The notes under the pieces are model-generated. The model was not told where the DNA came from. It saw nothing but the letters and a program-made list of their open reading frames with translations, and made no database searches. A DNA stretch of 63,832 nt, counting the filler, from Sluysia triapertura (Eukaryota), in assembly GCA_046118255.1 (NCBI GenBank). It is 5 parts of 5 records of this genome, joined end to end, with 100 filler letters (N's around TTAATTAATTAA, not from the genome) between each part and the next. Parts side by side here need not be neighbours in the genome. Positions count along the whole stretch, not along the records: positions 25,182 to 36,135 come from JBJNIA010190929.1; positions 36,236 to 50,250 come from JBJNIA010009544.1; 3 more parts are not named here. One strand, written 5' to 3'. Shown here piece by piece: positions 25,258 through 39,356 of the stretch (position 1 is its first letter; every line of letters begins with the position of its first letter). The position numbers were made by a program, and so were the translations under genes.

Positions 25258-26152
25258 AACTAGAAGATCTTCGTGTTCTTTCGAACTGTGATGGTTTTAT
25301 AGCTTCTGATTTTCAAACATTATACTAGACCAACTCGCTTTCCAATATTATAAGAAAGTTAAATCTGATATTGTGGCGCATTCATTTTCCCTATATAATG
25401 TCCTACAGTTGCATCCCATAATGCAGTTTTATCTTTTGATTTAAAAAAATATTTTGGTGATCATTTACAAGAAGTTGAATTTTATATTTGTAACACTCTT
25501 TTAATTAATGACTATAGTGACCTTATTTTAAATAATGTTCACGAAGATTTTGAAGGAGGAAAGTTAGATAATATTTTAGAGTAAGACCTTTGTTAATATT
25601 GTCAAATCAACTAATCAATAAAAGCTCCATCAACAACAATAAAAAAACAACCATTCCCGAGTTCGACATATATAATCATATTATCGTTGTTTGGCCTACA
25701 ATGGTTACCTATTCGAGAAAGTACGTACTCTCGACACAATTTTATGCTTAATTTTTATTCGGTGTTTATTTTACTGATAAATTTTTTATGGTGTTATTCT
25801 TTTTTCAGGGTTATATGATAAAGATCAAGTTTCGATAAAGTATTTAGGGACCTTATTTATTTCCATATGTTAATACAATTTAAAATCTTTTGATCAATGC
25901 AATTTATAATATATGAATAGATCAGAATAGTGCAGATATTAGTTTTAAATTACTGAAGGTTTAGATTACCTGTCAAAAAGGTAGAAAATTTTCAGTTTAT
26001 ATTCTATAAGTTAAAAGTATTAATTACAATGTGGGTTAAGAATCAATCTAATTTTAAGACAGAAAATGATAAATAATCTCAGTAAAATCATGCTGGTTCC
26101 TTGAACAAATGCATGCTTTAATGAAATGTGATTCAAAACAATACACACTAAC

Positions 26153-26393
26153 TGTAATATCAATAGCGTACAATCCGAATAATTCACCGCGACCTAGTTT
26201 CAACTGCCAAATTCGTAAGTTTTTTTCCATTAAAATCAATTCTCCATTTGCGGTACACACTGCTATGTATGGTTCTTGAGCTTTCCCATTTCTTCGAATA
26301 TTTCCTATAACTTCAGTACGTAATTCATTAGTTCTATTGGAATCCTTGCCTCCACTTTCTTCAACAATGTATCGATACCATGTAGATGGTTGT
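26153..26393 (-). CDS. ITFG2: ITFG2 (KICSTOR subunit)-like exon
   Basis: ttcag acceptor and gttagt donor; open frame TEVIGNIRR...YIAVCTANGELILME...IWQLKLGRGELFGLYAIDIT resembles ITFG2 as recalled (THLIGNI...FALCTLDGTLKLME...LW...LFALEKLDVTG); flanking exons not identified. Confidence 0.7.
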
Positions 26394-27649
26394 CTGAATA
26401 TAATTAAAATAGTTTAATTAATTCAAATAAAATTAAAATGAAACTTCTAATTTATTTCGCACAAACAGCTTCAAAATCAGAAACATAGAAAGCATTTCGA
26501 AAATGCATTTAAAATTAAGAAATAGATACAAAAAACAAAAATGGAATTTCAAAAATTTCTATATTTAATTGAGAAATATAGAAAGCTATAAATTAAACAG
26601 GGGAACTACAGGAATAAAAAAACATGTAATTTTAATAGAAATGAAACGCAAATACAAAGGGATTACAAATGATTTAAATTCTAAAACTTTATTCGAATTA
26701 ATCAAGACCTTACTATTTTATACATACACTACAGATGCGGACTGAACCATTTTCTTCTCTACAGTTTTATCATAATGAATGACTGTGCAAGTTTAATCAG
26801 GTTTTTCATTTTGAAGAATTGATTGTCTTGATATTTGAATACCCAAATTATTTAGTTTGAAGTTTTTAAATTTATGTTACATGTACATTAAGCAACTTAA
26901 ACACCATTTTGATTTTTAAGCAGCTTTCATATTGCATTTTATAGAATTAATAGGAGCATTAATATTATTCGGAATCGTAATGTTATTTCTAATACATTGA
27001 ATTCTGTAATTTAAAAACATTACAACTAGAAAATTGAAGTATCAAAACATTAGAATAAGAAAAGAAACATTACGTGGAAAGAAACTACCAAGTACCTAGA
27101 TAAATGTGATTCTCAATCTTATTGTCGCGGCACACAAACATAACAAAAAGATACAATTAAAAGAATTTCACTTGTTTAATTGATTGATGTACTTATAATT
27201 ATAAGTTGCAGTGTGCACACTCCAATCTATTGACTAATAGACTAAACAATATATAGTATTATAAGCCCGTAGATAAAGCTGCAACAGTCGTGAGTATTAT
27301 ATCCAGGTTTGGCGTGTTAATAAAAGCTTGTGCCTAGGGCACTTAGTAGTATAATAACGTTCGAAATTTAAAATGACACTAAACATATATTTATGAAAAG
27401 TTATGACACAAAAGTTAGAATTTACAAGTCTTTTTGGTTGCAGGGACTGTTACCGAAGCTCTCATTGACATACTCGGACCTCTTTTCAATTCGTACCTTA
27501 ACAAGCCCTAGTAAGTCCAACCCGGCTGAGTGAGTAAAACCTTCAAAAAATTTTAAAAACCCGTCGTTTTCAAATTTTGTACTCCCTAGGAGCTTACAAT
27601 CAGATAAATAATCAACTCCCAAGTTTTATTGTTCATTCAGACTCTTTTT

Positions 27650-28030
27650 ACGTCTTGCCATAAAATTTTTCCAAGGATGCTACATCCATTCTTTGTAGAA
27701 CTGGTAACTATAGATGTTGGGACAACACACATATTCATAACTGGAAATGACTTTTAGGTAGCTTGATATATACCTGATATTTGATATATTTCTGGATATT
27801 CTCTTTCGCATTAATTTGTAGCAATTTTTGCAAATTCTTTTGACTAATACGATTTCCATTTTTACGTTCATATTTAAATTGACATCTGCGTGGTACATAA
27901 AGAGACTGATCATCATCTAAGACAAATGTATTTATACAAATTGGAATTGTACGTGTCGCAAGGATTATTTATAGAGAGTTCATAATAATATAAAAAGCCC
28001 TCCAGAAAATGATGTCAGGAGGCACAGAAA
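27650..28030 (-). pseudogene. Exon-like fragments with very short introns, product unknown
   Basis: 36-nt gtacaa...tcttag intron-like segment (27917-27952), then DDQSLYVPRRCQFKYERKNG...; frames do not join cleanly. Confidence 0.3.
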
Positions 28031-28049
28031 CCAACAAAATTTAATTTTT

Positions 28050-28495
28050 TTAAATTTCTCATTTCTTTTAATAATAATTATTATTATAAAAATCATAATA
28101 ATAATAATAAATATAATTATGAAAATAATAAAAGAAATGATCAAAATAATAATAATGTAAATTATAATTATGTTAATTTTGACAATTGTGATTATAATTA
28201 TAATAAAAATAATTATAGTAAGAATAATCATAATATTAATAATAATAGTTATAATAATAATAAAGATAACGACTATAACAATAATAATAATTATGATGAT
28301 TTAAATTTTAATAATGATAATAATATTAATGACAATAATCATACCTGTGAGCATGGTGATTATAGTTGTGATTATTATAATGGCAATGATAGTTGTAATG
28401 ATTATAATAATAATCACATTAATAATGATAATGATCGTAATGATAATAATAATAATAAAGAATAATAATAAAAATAATATAATAATAATAATGAC
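28050..28495. repeat. Degenerate (AAT/GAT)n low-complexity tract
   Basis: Direct inspection; source of the poly-Ile pseudo-ORFs. Confidence 0.9.
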
Positions 28496-29799
28496 GTTAC
28501 TGTATATCGAAAAGTTCGAAATTCTATTATTTTAATCCAAATACTCAACATAAAATCGCATTCTAATCCTATATTTATTAATCGCATGACAAAATAAATT
28601 TATCGATTTTTTTAGCAACTTTTAATTTATTAATTATTATTTTTTTCATAATTTCAGGTACGACAACAGTGATGCTGGTAGTAATATCTAGGTAATATCT
28701 AGGTAGTAGTAATGGTAGTAGAAATAGTAATAAAAATGATAAAAATAATAAAACAATATGAATCGAATTTTATCTACTCATTATTAATGAGTAGGTAAAA
28801 TTCTACCAAAAATTAAAATTTGCATAATAATAATAATAATATTTCTTTATTACTAAATGTCATTTCCTTCTTTTTATCTTTATTTGAAAATCATTCTCAA
28901 AGATTGATAGTATATGCTAGTTACATTCTTGTTAGTTTACATTAAAATATCTAACCCAAAGGATAAAAAATTTGAACAATATTAATTTAAAAGAACTCAT
29001 GTATAATTTGTTTTATTTAATGATTTATGATATTTGATAAAGCATGGTTTGATAAAAACTACAATAACAAACGAATAATATTAGAAATTATTTAATATCC
29101 TAATTTCATCGGGATTATGTAAGTTTTATATTAAAAACTTAATATGACATTCTATCTTACAAACAATTAAATACCGTTTGTTAGAATAAAATTGATTTAT
29201 CAAATAAGTATAAGCGAAATTATGATTATATGTTGCATGTTGTGATAATCTACTTTTTTCTTGATCACTAAAATCATTTTCAACCTTATATTGCGTTATT
29301 TGAACATTACTTAAATATCATCTTCATTAATGCGTCTATAAATATTTGAATATTTAATTTATAACAGTGTACATATTTACAAAAATCGCAAATACTACGG
29401 CACTTTAAGTATTAATAAAATTATAATGAATAAACTTAATATCTTGCGTATGTATTAAAAACAAAATGAAGTAGATAACACAATTTTAGTTTACAATTCC
29501 AATAATAACATTTAGTCTATGTGACATTATCAAATTACATTTACTATACAATATAAAAATATTAATAATAATGGAATTAAGGATAGAAGAGGATTATTAA
29601 TACTTCACACATTTAACTGTATCTCATTTTGTGGTTCGATTCCCTTTAAAATATTAAATTTCAAATTAATGTCTGATAGTACATATAATTATGTAATAGC
29701 AGACTGACTGCAACATAAAAAACATAAAATATAATGTAAAAACTATAAATATAAACTATAAGTCCAAATAATGTTTGATATCATACTTTGTGGACTGGT

Positions 29800-30003
29800 T
29801 ATAGAAGGTTCTAGTGATTCATTAATTAAAAATCTACGAGGATAGTCCACTAGGCTACCTTGGACTTCGGTTTCTAGTATTCTGTATGCTTCCTTTTCTC
29901 TATGTAGTCTATCATTGTCTTCGATAAAGTTGTGCAAATTAACATATTCACGCAATTCAGTAAAACTTTCTACTTTATTCGTCGGTATTTTACCGGGAAG
30001 AAT
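29800..30003 (-). CDS. Probable exon of an unidentified gene
   Basis: aacag acceptor, then open frame ILPGKIPTNKVESFTELREYVNLHNFIEDNDRLHREKEAYRILETEVQGSLVDYP. Confidence 0.45.
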
Positions 30004-32439
30004 CTGTTCAAAATATCCATATTGTTTTTTGCAATTTTACACCAAGTGTTTATCCAAAATGATCAGAATCACACATACATAAATATGTACAAATTCAAAC
30101 AAACAAAAGAGTAGAAGGAAGGTTGGTGTTTAAAATAAAAGAAATCATAATGATAACAATAACATAATTATTATATATTTTAAAACGATGATAGTGTGAT
30201 ATTACTATAAGAATTATACGAAAATTTTATAATTATTATTACAATGGACTTTATAAATAAATTTTTATTATTTATATTTTAGGATTCTACAACGGAAGAG
30301 ATCCAACGTATGCCAAAATATACTAACATTAACATTTAATCAAAATTTTGTCTATAAATGTAATGAATTTTCTTTGTTGTACGTTCAAAAATAAAATTTC
30401 ACGTTTTTTCTTATATATTGATTTCAATAATAATATAATTAAAAAAATTTTAAAAATAAATTTAGTCCTTGTAAATTTTAATAAATTAATAAATTAACTA
30501 ATAATTAAATTTTATACATTAATAAATAACAATTTTAATCTTTTAATCCTTAAATATCTTTCAACTTCAAAACATATATGATTTTTATAATCAAAAATAG
30601 AAACAAGTTTAGTTTATCATTGTAACCAATTTAATTTATAAAACAAACAGTCAATTGTTAATATATTTGCATCACTTTTGTAACAGCTAATAGTTTTTGT
30701 TAAAATATATCGGTTCAATATCATTTTTGGATTTAAAGAATGAAACTGGCTATAAAATAATATATAGTGATTTAAAAGCATAAGTGCATTACGACAATAA
30801 GAAAATTTCTGATAAATTGCTAATTGGAAGAACAAGAAAATCTGCATCAAATTCGACAGAACATTATAATTTAATCTATATGAAATCATTATATAGTTGT
30901 AAGTTCATACATTACTAAGCTGTACTCGTTTAAAGCGAATGTAAAATTTACTCAAAATGTTTTAGTTTTTTTCACGCATTTTAAAGATACGTCCAAATTG
31001 CTAACCAAAATTTGAATAAATATTTATGCATTTAGTGAAATATAACTTGTAGTTTATTGCTGATCATTGAAAGCAACAGTAAGTGATTAAAATAAAGATA
31101 AATCGGACTCTCAGAAGCAATGTATGAGATAACATAAATATTTTATTGTTTGTAAGAATTATTTAAATCCTACAGATGAACCTATTTGTTAGGACAAATT
31201 CAAATAACATTCCAGAAAAACATTCCAAATAACATTCTTCGAAAATAAAATAAACAATTATTTTAAAATAATCACAAGTCAATTTTTGAAATGAGAAGAG
31301 TTTTAAAACGCACTTATGTAGAAAAGTATCTGCTAGTCATGAAGTTGAACTTTATTTTTAGTTACATAAATGGTATCGTTAGTTACGCTCGTATTATCTT
31401 TTATAATTTGAAATCATGAAAGAAAAATGAAAAAAGGTTAGATAAGGTTAAATAAGGCTTAAGAAATGTTTTATACATTTATTGAATTGGGTCTCTAAGT
31501 TTCCAAAAAATAGCACCCGAAATTGATATTAAATCAATTTCGAAATGCGATTATAAAAAGCTTTAAGCCTATTTCAAATTATATATTTAAGCCTTAAGTG
31601 CATTGTTAATTCTCTTTTAAATGTTCTAAGCAAATACATTATGCCGATTGATGAACGAATACAACTTTGTACAAAAATTTTATTTGTAAAATAAAAGTTT
31701 TATGCATATAGAAGTCCATTGTATAGTTGTATGTGGTATAAAATTCTATTCATAAAATAAAATAGTTTTAATTATCTATTATTATTTATAAAATAATCTA
31801 TTTTTGCTTATAAAATACCTTTTAATTATTATATATAACAGCTCGTATTGTAATAAAATAATTAAATAATTAAAAAATAATAATTTATTCTACTATTCAT
31901 AAAAGTAACTATTATTTTATTTTTTGTTTAATTATTATAATTTGATTATTGTCATGTTTTTAGTTAATATTCTATAATTTATAAAACAATAATAAAGTAA
32001 TGACAATAAAATAATTAAAAAATAATAAAAATTAACCAGCCAAAAATAGAAGTATAAATATAATTAGAATGAGTTATCTTTATAGATATTTCCCAGGGTA
32101 TCCATATTTGATTTTGTTGAAGAAAAAGTATTTAAAGAAGGTATCAAATTTTGCATCTTAAGAAACATTAAATTTAAAGAAAAGTGATATGTTTAAGGAC
32201 AACAGAGAAGTTTTTTCTTTATTGACGATAATTTTGATAAATTTTATTAATAGAATAATATTTAAAGATTTAAATAATATTAAAATCGGATACAAATAGT
32301 AAAAATTACGTATGGTACATTATTAATATATTTAGAAGCAATTTTTATACATAAAAGTTTTATTATTTCCTAAATATTATTATTTATTATATGCAAAAAA
32401 CGTACCGTTTTTACTTTGTTTTTACCTTTGTAACATACT

Positions 32440-32945
32440 TCAGAATTATCCATTCTACCTTTTTATGTTTTAATACAATAACTGATGCATCTAAAAGTCA
32501 AGACAATTTATTGTGAATATATCGATAACGTAAAGTGCCTGTTGGTCAACAATGAGTTTGAATTTTGTGTTCCAATTGTAAAATTAAATTTCATGATATT
32601 TAAGAATTTGATCAAAGTAATTATGAGAAATTTTTATCTTCCATCTTTTTATGTTTTTAATACAACAAGTGATATGTTTAAAAGTAATAAGGCAATTTAT
32701 TGTGAATATGTCCATAATGTGAAGTGTCTGTTGGTTAAGAATGTTGTGGTTGACATTAAAGACAGACATTAAGTTTGAATTTTGTATTTCAATAATAAAA
32801 TCGAGTTTCATATCTCGTAATTTGATCAAATTAACCACACGTAATTTTTATCATTTATCTTTTTATGTATTTTATGTAACAAGTTATATGTTTAAAAGCC
32901 ACAAAGCAATGTATCGTGAATATATCCATAACGTAAAGTGTTTAT
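32440..32945 (+). repeat. Diverged tandem repeat, ~3 units of 190-220 bp
   Basis: 'tttttatgt...aaaag...caat.tat.gtgaatat.tc.ataa.gt.aagtg' recurs at ~32460, 32646 and 32860. Confidence 0.85.
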
Positions 32946-33004
32946 GTAAATTTTATAAAATTTTATAATTCTTGCAATTTTTATCATGTCTATCGTGTAA
33001 ACGA

Positions 33005-34010
33005 TCGTTCAGTTTCTCATCTTGTAAGGATTTCCTTAGGTGCAGTAGGCCTTTTCTTAAAGAAACCGATCACTAGGCCTGTCCTAAGCAGAATGCGGAA
33101 ACCAATAATCAGAATCTGTCGCCCGGGGCTACGTATCACTCTGCACATGATCCGCCTAATGAACTGCAGGCATGTTGTAACAGTACCTTTGACTGTCCTC
33201 TTGGACAATCTAGTTAGTTTAATTATCATGATGAAGGAAACTTTGTTATGTTAGTTTTGGAAGTGATTATTGAACAACTGTATAAAACGCCTTGTAAAAT
33301 TAATTTAAAAAATTTGCGTTATCTGTACACTAAGATTTTTAATAATGATAAAATTTCTGCGTGCCTTAAGCACCAATTTCATAATCATAATTTCAATTAG
33401 CTACATAAATATAATGGCACATATGTGCTTATCAATAAATCTAACAATAATATAAACTTATTAACTATAAAAAAGATTAAACTTTAATCCCAAATTGCAA
33501 TAATCCCTCACCGGCGCTTATTACTAAATCTTCCACCGCTTCTTCCCGAACCTCTATTATCTAAGACCTCCGCTTCTCTATCTGCACATTTTTTATCACA
33601 GATGTCAAAAATACAGCTGCTCCAGTTCTTAAAAAGATAATGGAAGAACCACATCCACAAGGCAGCAAATAATTCACCATCAGAAACGACATCTCTTGCA
33701 TCTCAATCAACGATACGGCCTCAATCCACTGCCGCGACATAAGACATTTCGCTGGACTAACTCCAACCACTCAATACCTGAATAGGCACTTCGGGACACT
33801 CCTCTACCCTTACCGACGCGAAAGTGAAAGCCCATATTTCTCACGGTTACACAATCACCGCTGCGGTTGGCCCTGCTTGAAGGTAAACTTTCATCCTTCT
33901 TCTGGTGCAACTACACCGGCCATCATCACAGGTTCGTCACCCAGATATGTCACCGACCTAGATGACTCGGACTAACCTTTGAAGGCCTAGGGTAACTGAC
34001 TCTCGCCATT
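33005..34010. mobile_element. Two GC-richer islands, probably decayed retroelement coding sequence
   Basis: Sharp GC rise at 33005-33230 and 33505-34010; long frames with few stops; no decisive motif. Confidence 0.3.
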
Positions 34011-37000
34011 ACATTTTGATAATTGACATCACTTGATTTTTTATAACATGAACACTGACTTTAATGTTCATTTGTTTATTTGTTTACTGACTCATTTGTT
34101 TATGTACTTGTTTGTCCAGATTTGTTGAATTGTAAATTTAGTTGTAAATTTGTATTAATTTTAGTTAAATTTATATTATTTTTATGTAATTATTATTTAT
34201 AAATATGAATATTTTATTTAAATTATTTTCGAAATAAAATTAAATATCAAATTTAAAATTAAACAAGAAATGTTAAAATTAAAATATTAATCTTAGTAAA
34301 ATTAAATAAAGTTTTAAAAATAAAATATTTTGCTTGTTTTAATTTATCAGATAATAAATATGGCTGCCCAACTGAAAAATTCACTATATAAACAGGTGAA
34401 TTTTTCATTATGGTGACCAGAAATTATTTACAATCATCGAAAAAGAAAATTTCCACTAGCAAGTTTTCCATGCAGAAGTAATTGTTTTCGTTTAAGTATT
34501 TTTCTTATTCTAAATAAGAATCAAACTATTTAAAACTTGTGCTTAATTTAAAAGTAAATTATTTTTGAATCGTATTAAGAAATCATTTTTTTGCTTAAAT
34601 ACAATTAATTGAATATTATTATTATATTTTGTGTCACTTTTATGTTTAGTTTTCCTTTGAGTTAAATAATTTTTTTATTTTAACACTTTTTAATTTAATT
34701 TTAATTTTTTAGTATACGATAGACCATAAGAGCTAGCTCAACGTTTAGTATAATTTAAAATTCGATTGATTTTTTAACACTAGACCTAAAAGGCTAGCTC
34801 AATATTATTTGACAAACTAGACCATAACGGCTAGTTCAACCTTCATAATAAGATAAATTGAATTAAGATTGATAGCTATATTGTGCAGTAAAATTACCAA
34901 ATTAGCATAAATTATCGTTAACATAAAGTCACACGCATTCGATAAAAATCCTAGTTGATATAAATCGTGCTTATTAGGTAGACATAACCTCCAGACATTT
35001 TGTAAGAATAAGTGTACCTAATTCATAATAAAATTCTTGCAATAACAATAATAAAATAATATGAAATTCTTTTCCTCCTGTTTCTTTTTAGTAGAGCCCA
35101 TTGGTACAATTTTGGATATAACAAACAATTGTATAGTTTACAAGTTTCACATAAATTATAAAAATTAAAGTCACTTAAAAAAGGACTTCAACAATAAAGT
35201 TTTAACAATGGCTAAAATTATTAAAAATTTTGATTGACAACTGTTGCAGCCACTCCAGATTTCATTGGTTTAAACTTAACGTCAATATCCAGTGATTAAA
35301 TTGTGGTGGTCAAACTCATTACATATGATTTTAATACAAAGTCACCTCATAACAAAATTTTTACCATTATCCTATATAACAAAATTCGCAGTTTAAATCA
35401 CATAATCCTTAACCTTTCCACAGCCCTTCACACACTTTCAAATCAAGCAATTTGAAACATCATTTAATTAAACATTTTAACTGCAAACAATAACATTGCA
35501 CTGGACAAATTCACCTTACAGATTATCCACAGACTTAATTTATATTCATATTACATTAACGCAAGATGCCATCACAATTCGGGAATTCACCTTAGATTCA
35601 CATGCCCTTAGAATACCAAATAAAAATATTTAAAAGTCATACTTTACAATACCTAATTCATTTTACAAACTCATTCCAACTCAAAGAATTTGTATCCCAT
35701 ACGCAAAAAGCCAAACAATAAATTACATACTGTAACAAAAAATAACAAATAAAATATATGTGAATAGAAGATTTAAAATAACTAAAGATTAATCACAAAA
35801 AGAACATTAAACACATCTTTTAACCCATTAAACTTTAGTGAAAATTGACTATAATGCCTAAAAATTATTACACATAATTACACTACAGATTACTATTGTT
35901 GTGGATGTTGTTAGTTTGTTAAAAATAGTTAAATTTATTTGGTAAGATTATTGACTTATTAAGTAATGAAATTAAATTGGTTGTTAGATTGTTATTTGCA
36001 AGTGATATATTAATTAAGATTATCAAACGATATTTAAGTTTTAATTTTATTATCAATATTAATTTCAAATTTATATCATTTCCTTTTAAATTACAAAATT
36101 TTCAATTAAAATTTTATAAGATTTATAAGATTTGGNNNNNNNNNNNNNNNNNNNNNNNNNNNNNNNNNNNNNNNNNNNNTTAATTAATTAANNNNNNNNN
36201 NNNNNNNNNNNNNNNNNNNNNNNNNNNNNNNNNNNCTTATTGTTACTCCTTGTATTAACTTTATTTACTTTTAAATTTAATTTTCAATTTTTTATAACTG
36301 TGTGATAAATATCACAGAATCATCAATGCATGTAACGTCTTTTTAAGCAACTGACAAATTCGAAACTGTAAATGAAAACATTAAATTAAAAATGTAACAT
36401 TAAATTAAATATTGGATTATTTAATTTAATTTAACTTTTATTAAATTATCCAAACGTATATTTTCATAATTTATAATGCCAGTTAAATAAATACATGGAA
36501 ATATTCTTGAACTTCATAAAATCGACTGATCTAAATTGGAATTTAAAAATTTGTGTCAGCCTAAACATTTTGTCTATATTAATTATTATTTTAATATTAA
36601 TATTATTTTAATCATATTTAAATAATAATTATTATTATTATTATAATATCAAATTAAGATCAATTTAAAGATGGCAAATTAAGGATGGATTACTCGATAT
36701 ATATATATTTTAGAAGTTTTTATGTAAACCTAAATTTATTAGCAAAATACTTTACATTTTTTGTTGAAGTTTAATAAAGAAACAAAATAAAAAAAACATA
36801 AAAAAAATTTATTCAAAATATATTTGACAAAAACAAATAAAAAATAAAATATCAAAGAGAATTTAGTTTTATATTATATAATTTAATTTATGCTTTATTT
36901 AAATGTATAATGATAATGATAATAATAATAATAATATAAGTTTTAATAATACAATATAAATAATATCAATAATAATAAATAATACAAAATTACAATGTGA

Positions 37001-38659
37001 AAATATTTTTTATTTTATTAAATCTTTAATCTGTCATTTGGTTTGCAAAATATTTTATTCAATTTATAATAGAAAAAATAAAATTTTATGTAATTTTAAA
37101 ATAATATGGAATTCCATTCCGACTTATATGCTCATTTGAATGTGAGTCCCCTACGATCCTAGACTTATTCACCTAAGGGCTAGTCCGTAAATATCAGCAA
37201 ATTTTTCTTATTTGGAAGTTAACTAATTTTTTGCAAGGCTAACTAATTTAACTCAATTTTAATATTAATATCGATAAATCGCTACCGGGATAACTTATAA
37301 ATACGGAATTATTAATAAAAGTATAATAAAGTTAAAATTATAGTTTATTATTGTCAAAATTTTTATAAAGCTTTTTCTAGCGTATTTTGAAAACGGTGTA
37401 TTATTATTTTACTGCCTATTGTATAATCGGTTCTAAAAATTTGGGAATAATTTATTGATTTTAAGTAAATATTTTTCTACCGAAAAATTAAAATCGGTTT
37501 CCTAATGTTTTCTTAACAAATAAAAATGATAATGTCTCTCTTGAAAGATTAATATATGATATATATTTGGAATTTTAAAGATTTAATTTACAAAATTATA
37601 GTAAAAAATTTTGTCGACGAAAATTAAAATTTTACGTATTAATTTACGATCACAATTAAAAGTGAATTTACTTAATAAATAGTAACTTACGATTAACAAA
37701 ATTGAAAAGTTCGAAATTCTTTTTATCTTTGTTTTATCGACGAACCAGAAAGATAAAAATATTCCTTTTAATTTTCTTGTATTTTCCAATGACAAAAGCT
37801 ATGCATGATGTAAGATTACTTTAGTTGTAAATAATTCGATAAAATCGATTAAGAATTATTGACTATTTTCATTTTTTTTATCAGTTACTTATAGTCTTTT
37901 TAAAAATGACCTTGACATAATTGTTAGTTATTATTGTTTAATTTTTTCATAAACATATTTATCAATAAATTATTGATTCTATTAATAATTCTATTAATTT
38001 TACATAATTATTAAGTTTATTTACTATAACGACATTATTGATTTAATATTCACAACTATTAATTTGAATATTTTTACATTTATACACACAATTTTTATTG
38101 ACAAAGCGTATCATATGAAAATAGCTTGAATTATTAATTTATGAGGCTTTGTCAAATATTCTGAAAAAGACAAACGATATAATTAAATCTTATTTTGTTC
38201 TAATAATCAATTATTAGAAATTTATATGAATAAATAAAATTAAAAAACAGTTTAAATACCACACCCACAAACATTGGAAGTTGCTCAGAAATTTAAATAA
38301 CGAGCAATTTGGGAAACAAGAAATAACTGTAAAAATAAACAATAGTAAATTTTAATATATAGTTTACGATCAATTTATAATTAATTATAAAATTTCAAAA
38401 AATTATTTATACTTTGAATTAATTTTGAAAGATTTTACCTTATTTCAAAACATTGATAAAAGTTGATCTAATAAAGGAAAAGCATTTTAAAAATAAATTA
38501 AATTAAATTTTTTTTCTTCAAATAATTAGTTTTGTTTTAAGTTATTTTACTAACATTTAGCCATTGTTTCATTTTATTCTTAAAGTACTTTTTTCAATAA
38601 ACATGTTGTAAATCCAAAAAGGCATTAGATAATGAATTAAAATTTTTGATTGTTACATC

Positions 38660-38875
38660 AAAATTAGGTGAAACGTTGGTCCGTTGTTTTGCGATGTCAT
38701 TTTAATGCTGAACTTAAATTGATGTCAGAAATGAAAAATAAAGTTCGAACTTTCAAAAATTCAAACTGTTGGGGGCTGTAACTTGAAAACGATTCACTTG
38801 TCCAAAAAAAACGGATGATATTTAAGGAATCAGCAGGCCGAAATCTATAGTTTTCATTAAGACATGGCCTTGTGA
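38660..38875 (-). mobile_element. Possible non-autonomous DNA transposon end (CACAAGGCC terminus)
   Basis: Minus-strand CACAAGGCC and a MITE-like interior; the other terminus was not found. Confidence 0.3.
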
Positions 38876-39122
38876 CTAAAATAAATAATTATAAAAATAT
38901 TATTTTATTTGCAAATTACTTGAATAATATATTTCTGTCGTTAATTTCAAAAAAATATTTTAACATTTATTACGAACTAGGTTTCATTTCCAAGATTTAA
39001 ATAAAAACTGAAAAAGTTGAGTTAAAGATACTAACTCAAAATGGCTTTGTAAGGTTAATTTTTATCCAAAAATATTATTGTAGATTATTATTTCACAGCA
39101 AGTATTTGAAGATATCTTAAAT

Positions 39123-39356
39123 CACTGTCGTGTTAAATTTTTTATGGGTCGCTAACTCGCAGCTTAGTATAAATAATATAATACATTATAATATAAATAT
39201 AAACTTTATACAAAAAAATTAATTTATATACAATCAAAATGCTAATTAGCGTCAATAATATATCTTTTTTGTTTCTTAGCATTATTTTATGTAATAAAAA
39301 ATTGGGTTGCAGAACAATTTTATTGGGTCGCGTGATAAAACGGTTGAGATACTCTG
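39123..39356. mobile_element. hAT (Charlie-type) MITE with 8-bp TSD TCTTAAAT
   Basis: TCTTAAAT at 39115-39122 and 39357-39364; right end reads CAGAGTATCTCAACC on the minus strand; repeated GGGT(C/T)GC subterminal motifs. Confidence 0.8.

Noticed and set aside
27980-28535. Hydrophobic poly-Ile 'membrane protein' ORFs (also 9172-9375)
   Set aside because: Translations of AAT microsatellite and low-complexity DNA.
34720-34840. CRISPR-like repeat-spacer pattern
   Set aside because: Only three imperfect repeats, very unequal spacers, no cas genes, eukaryotic context.
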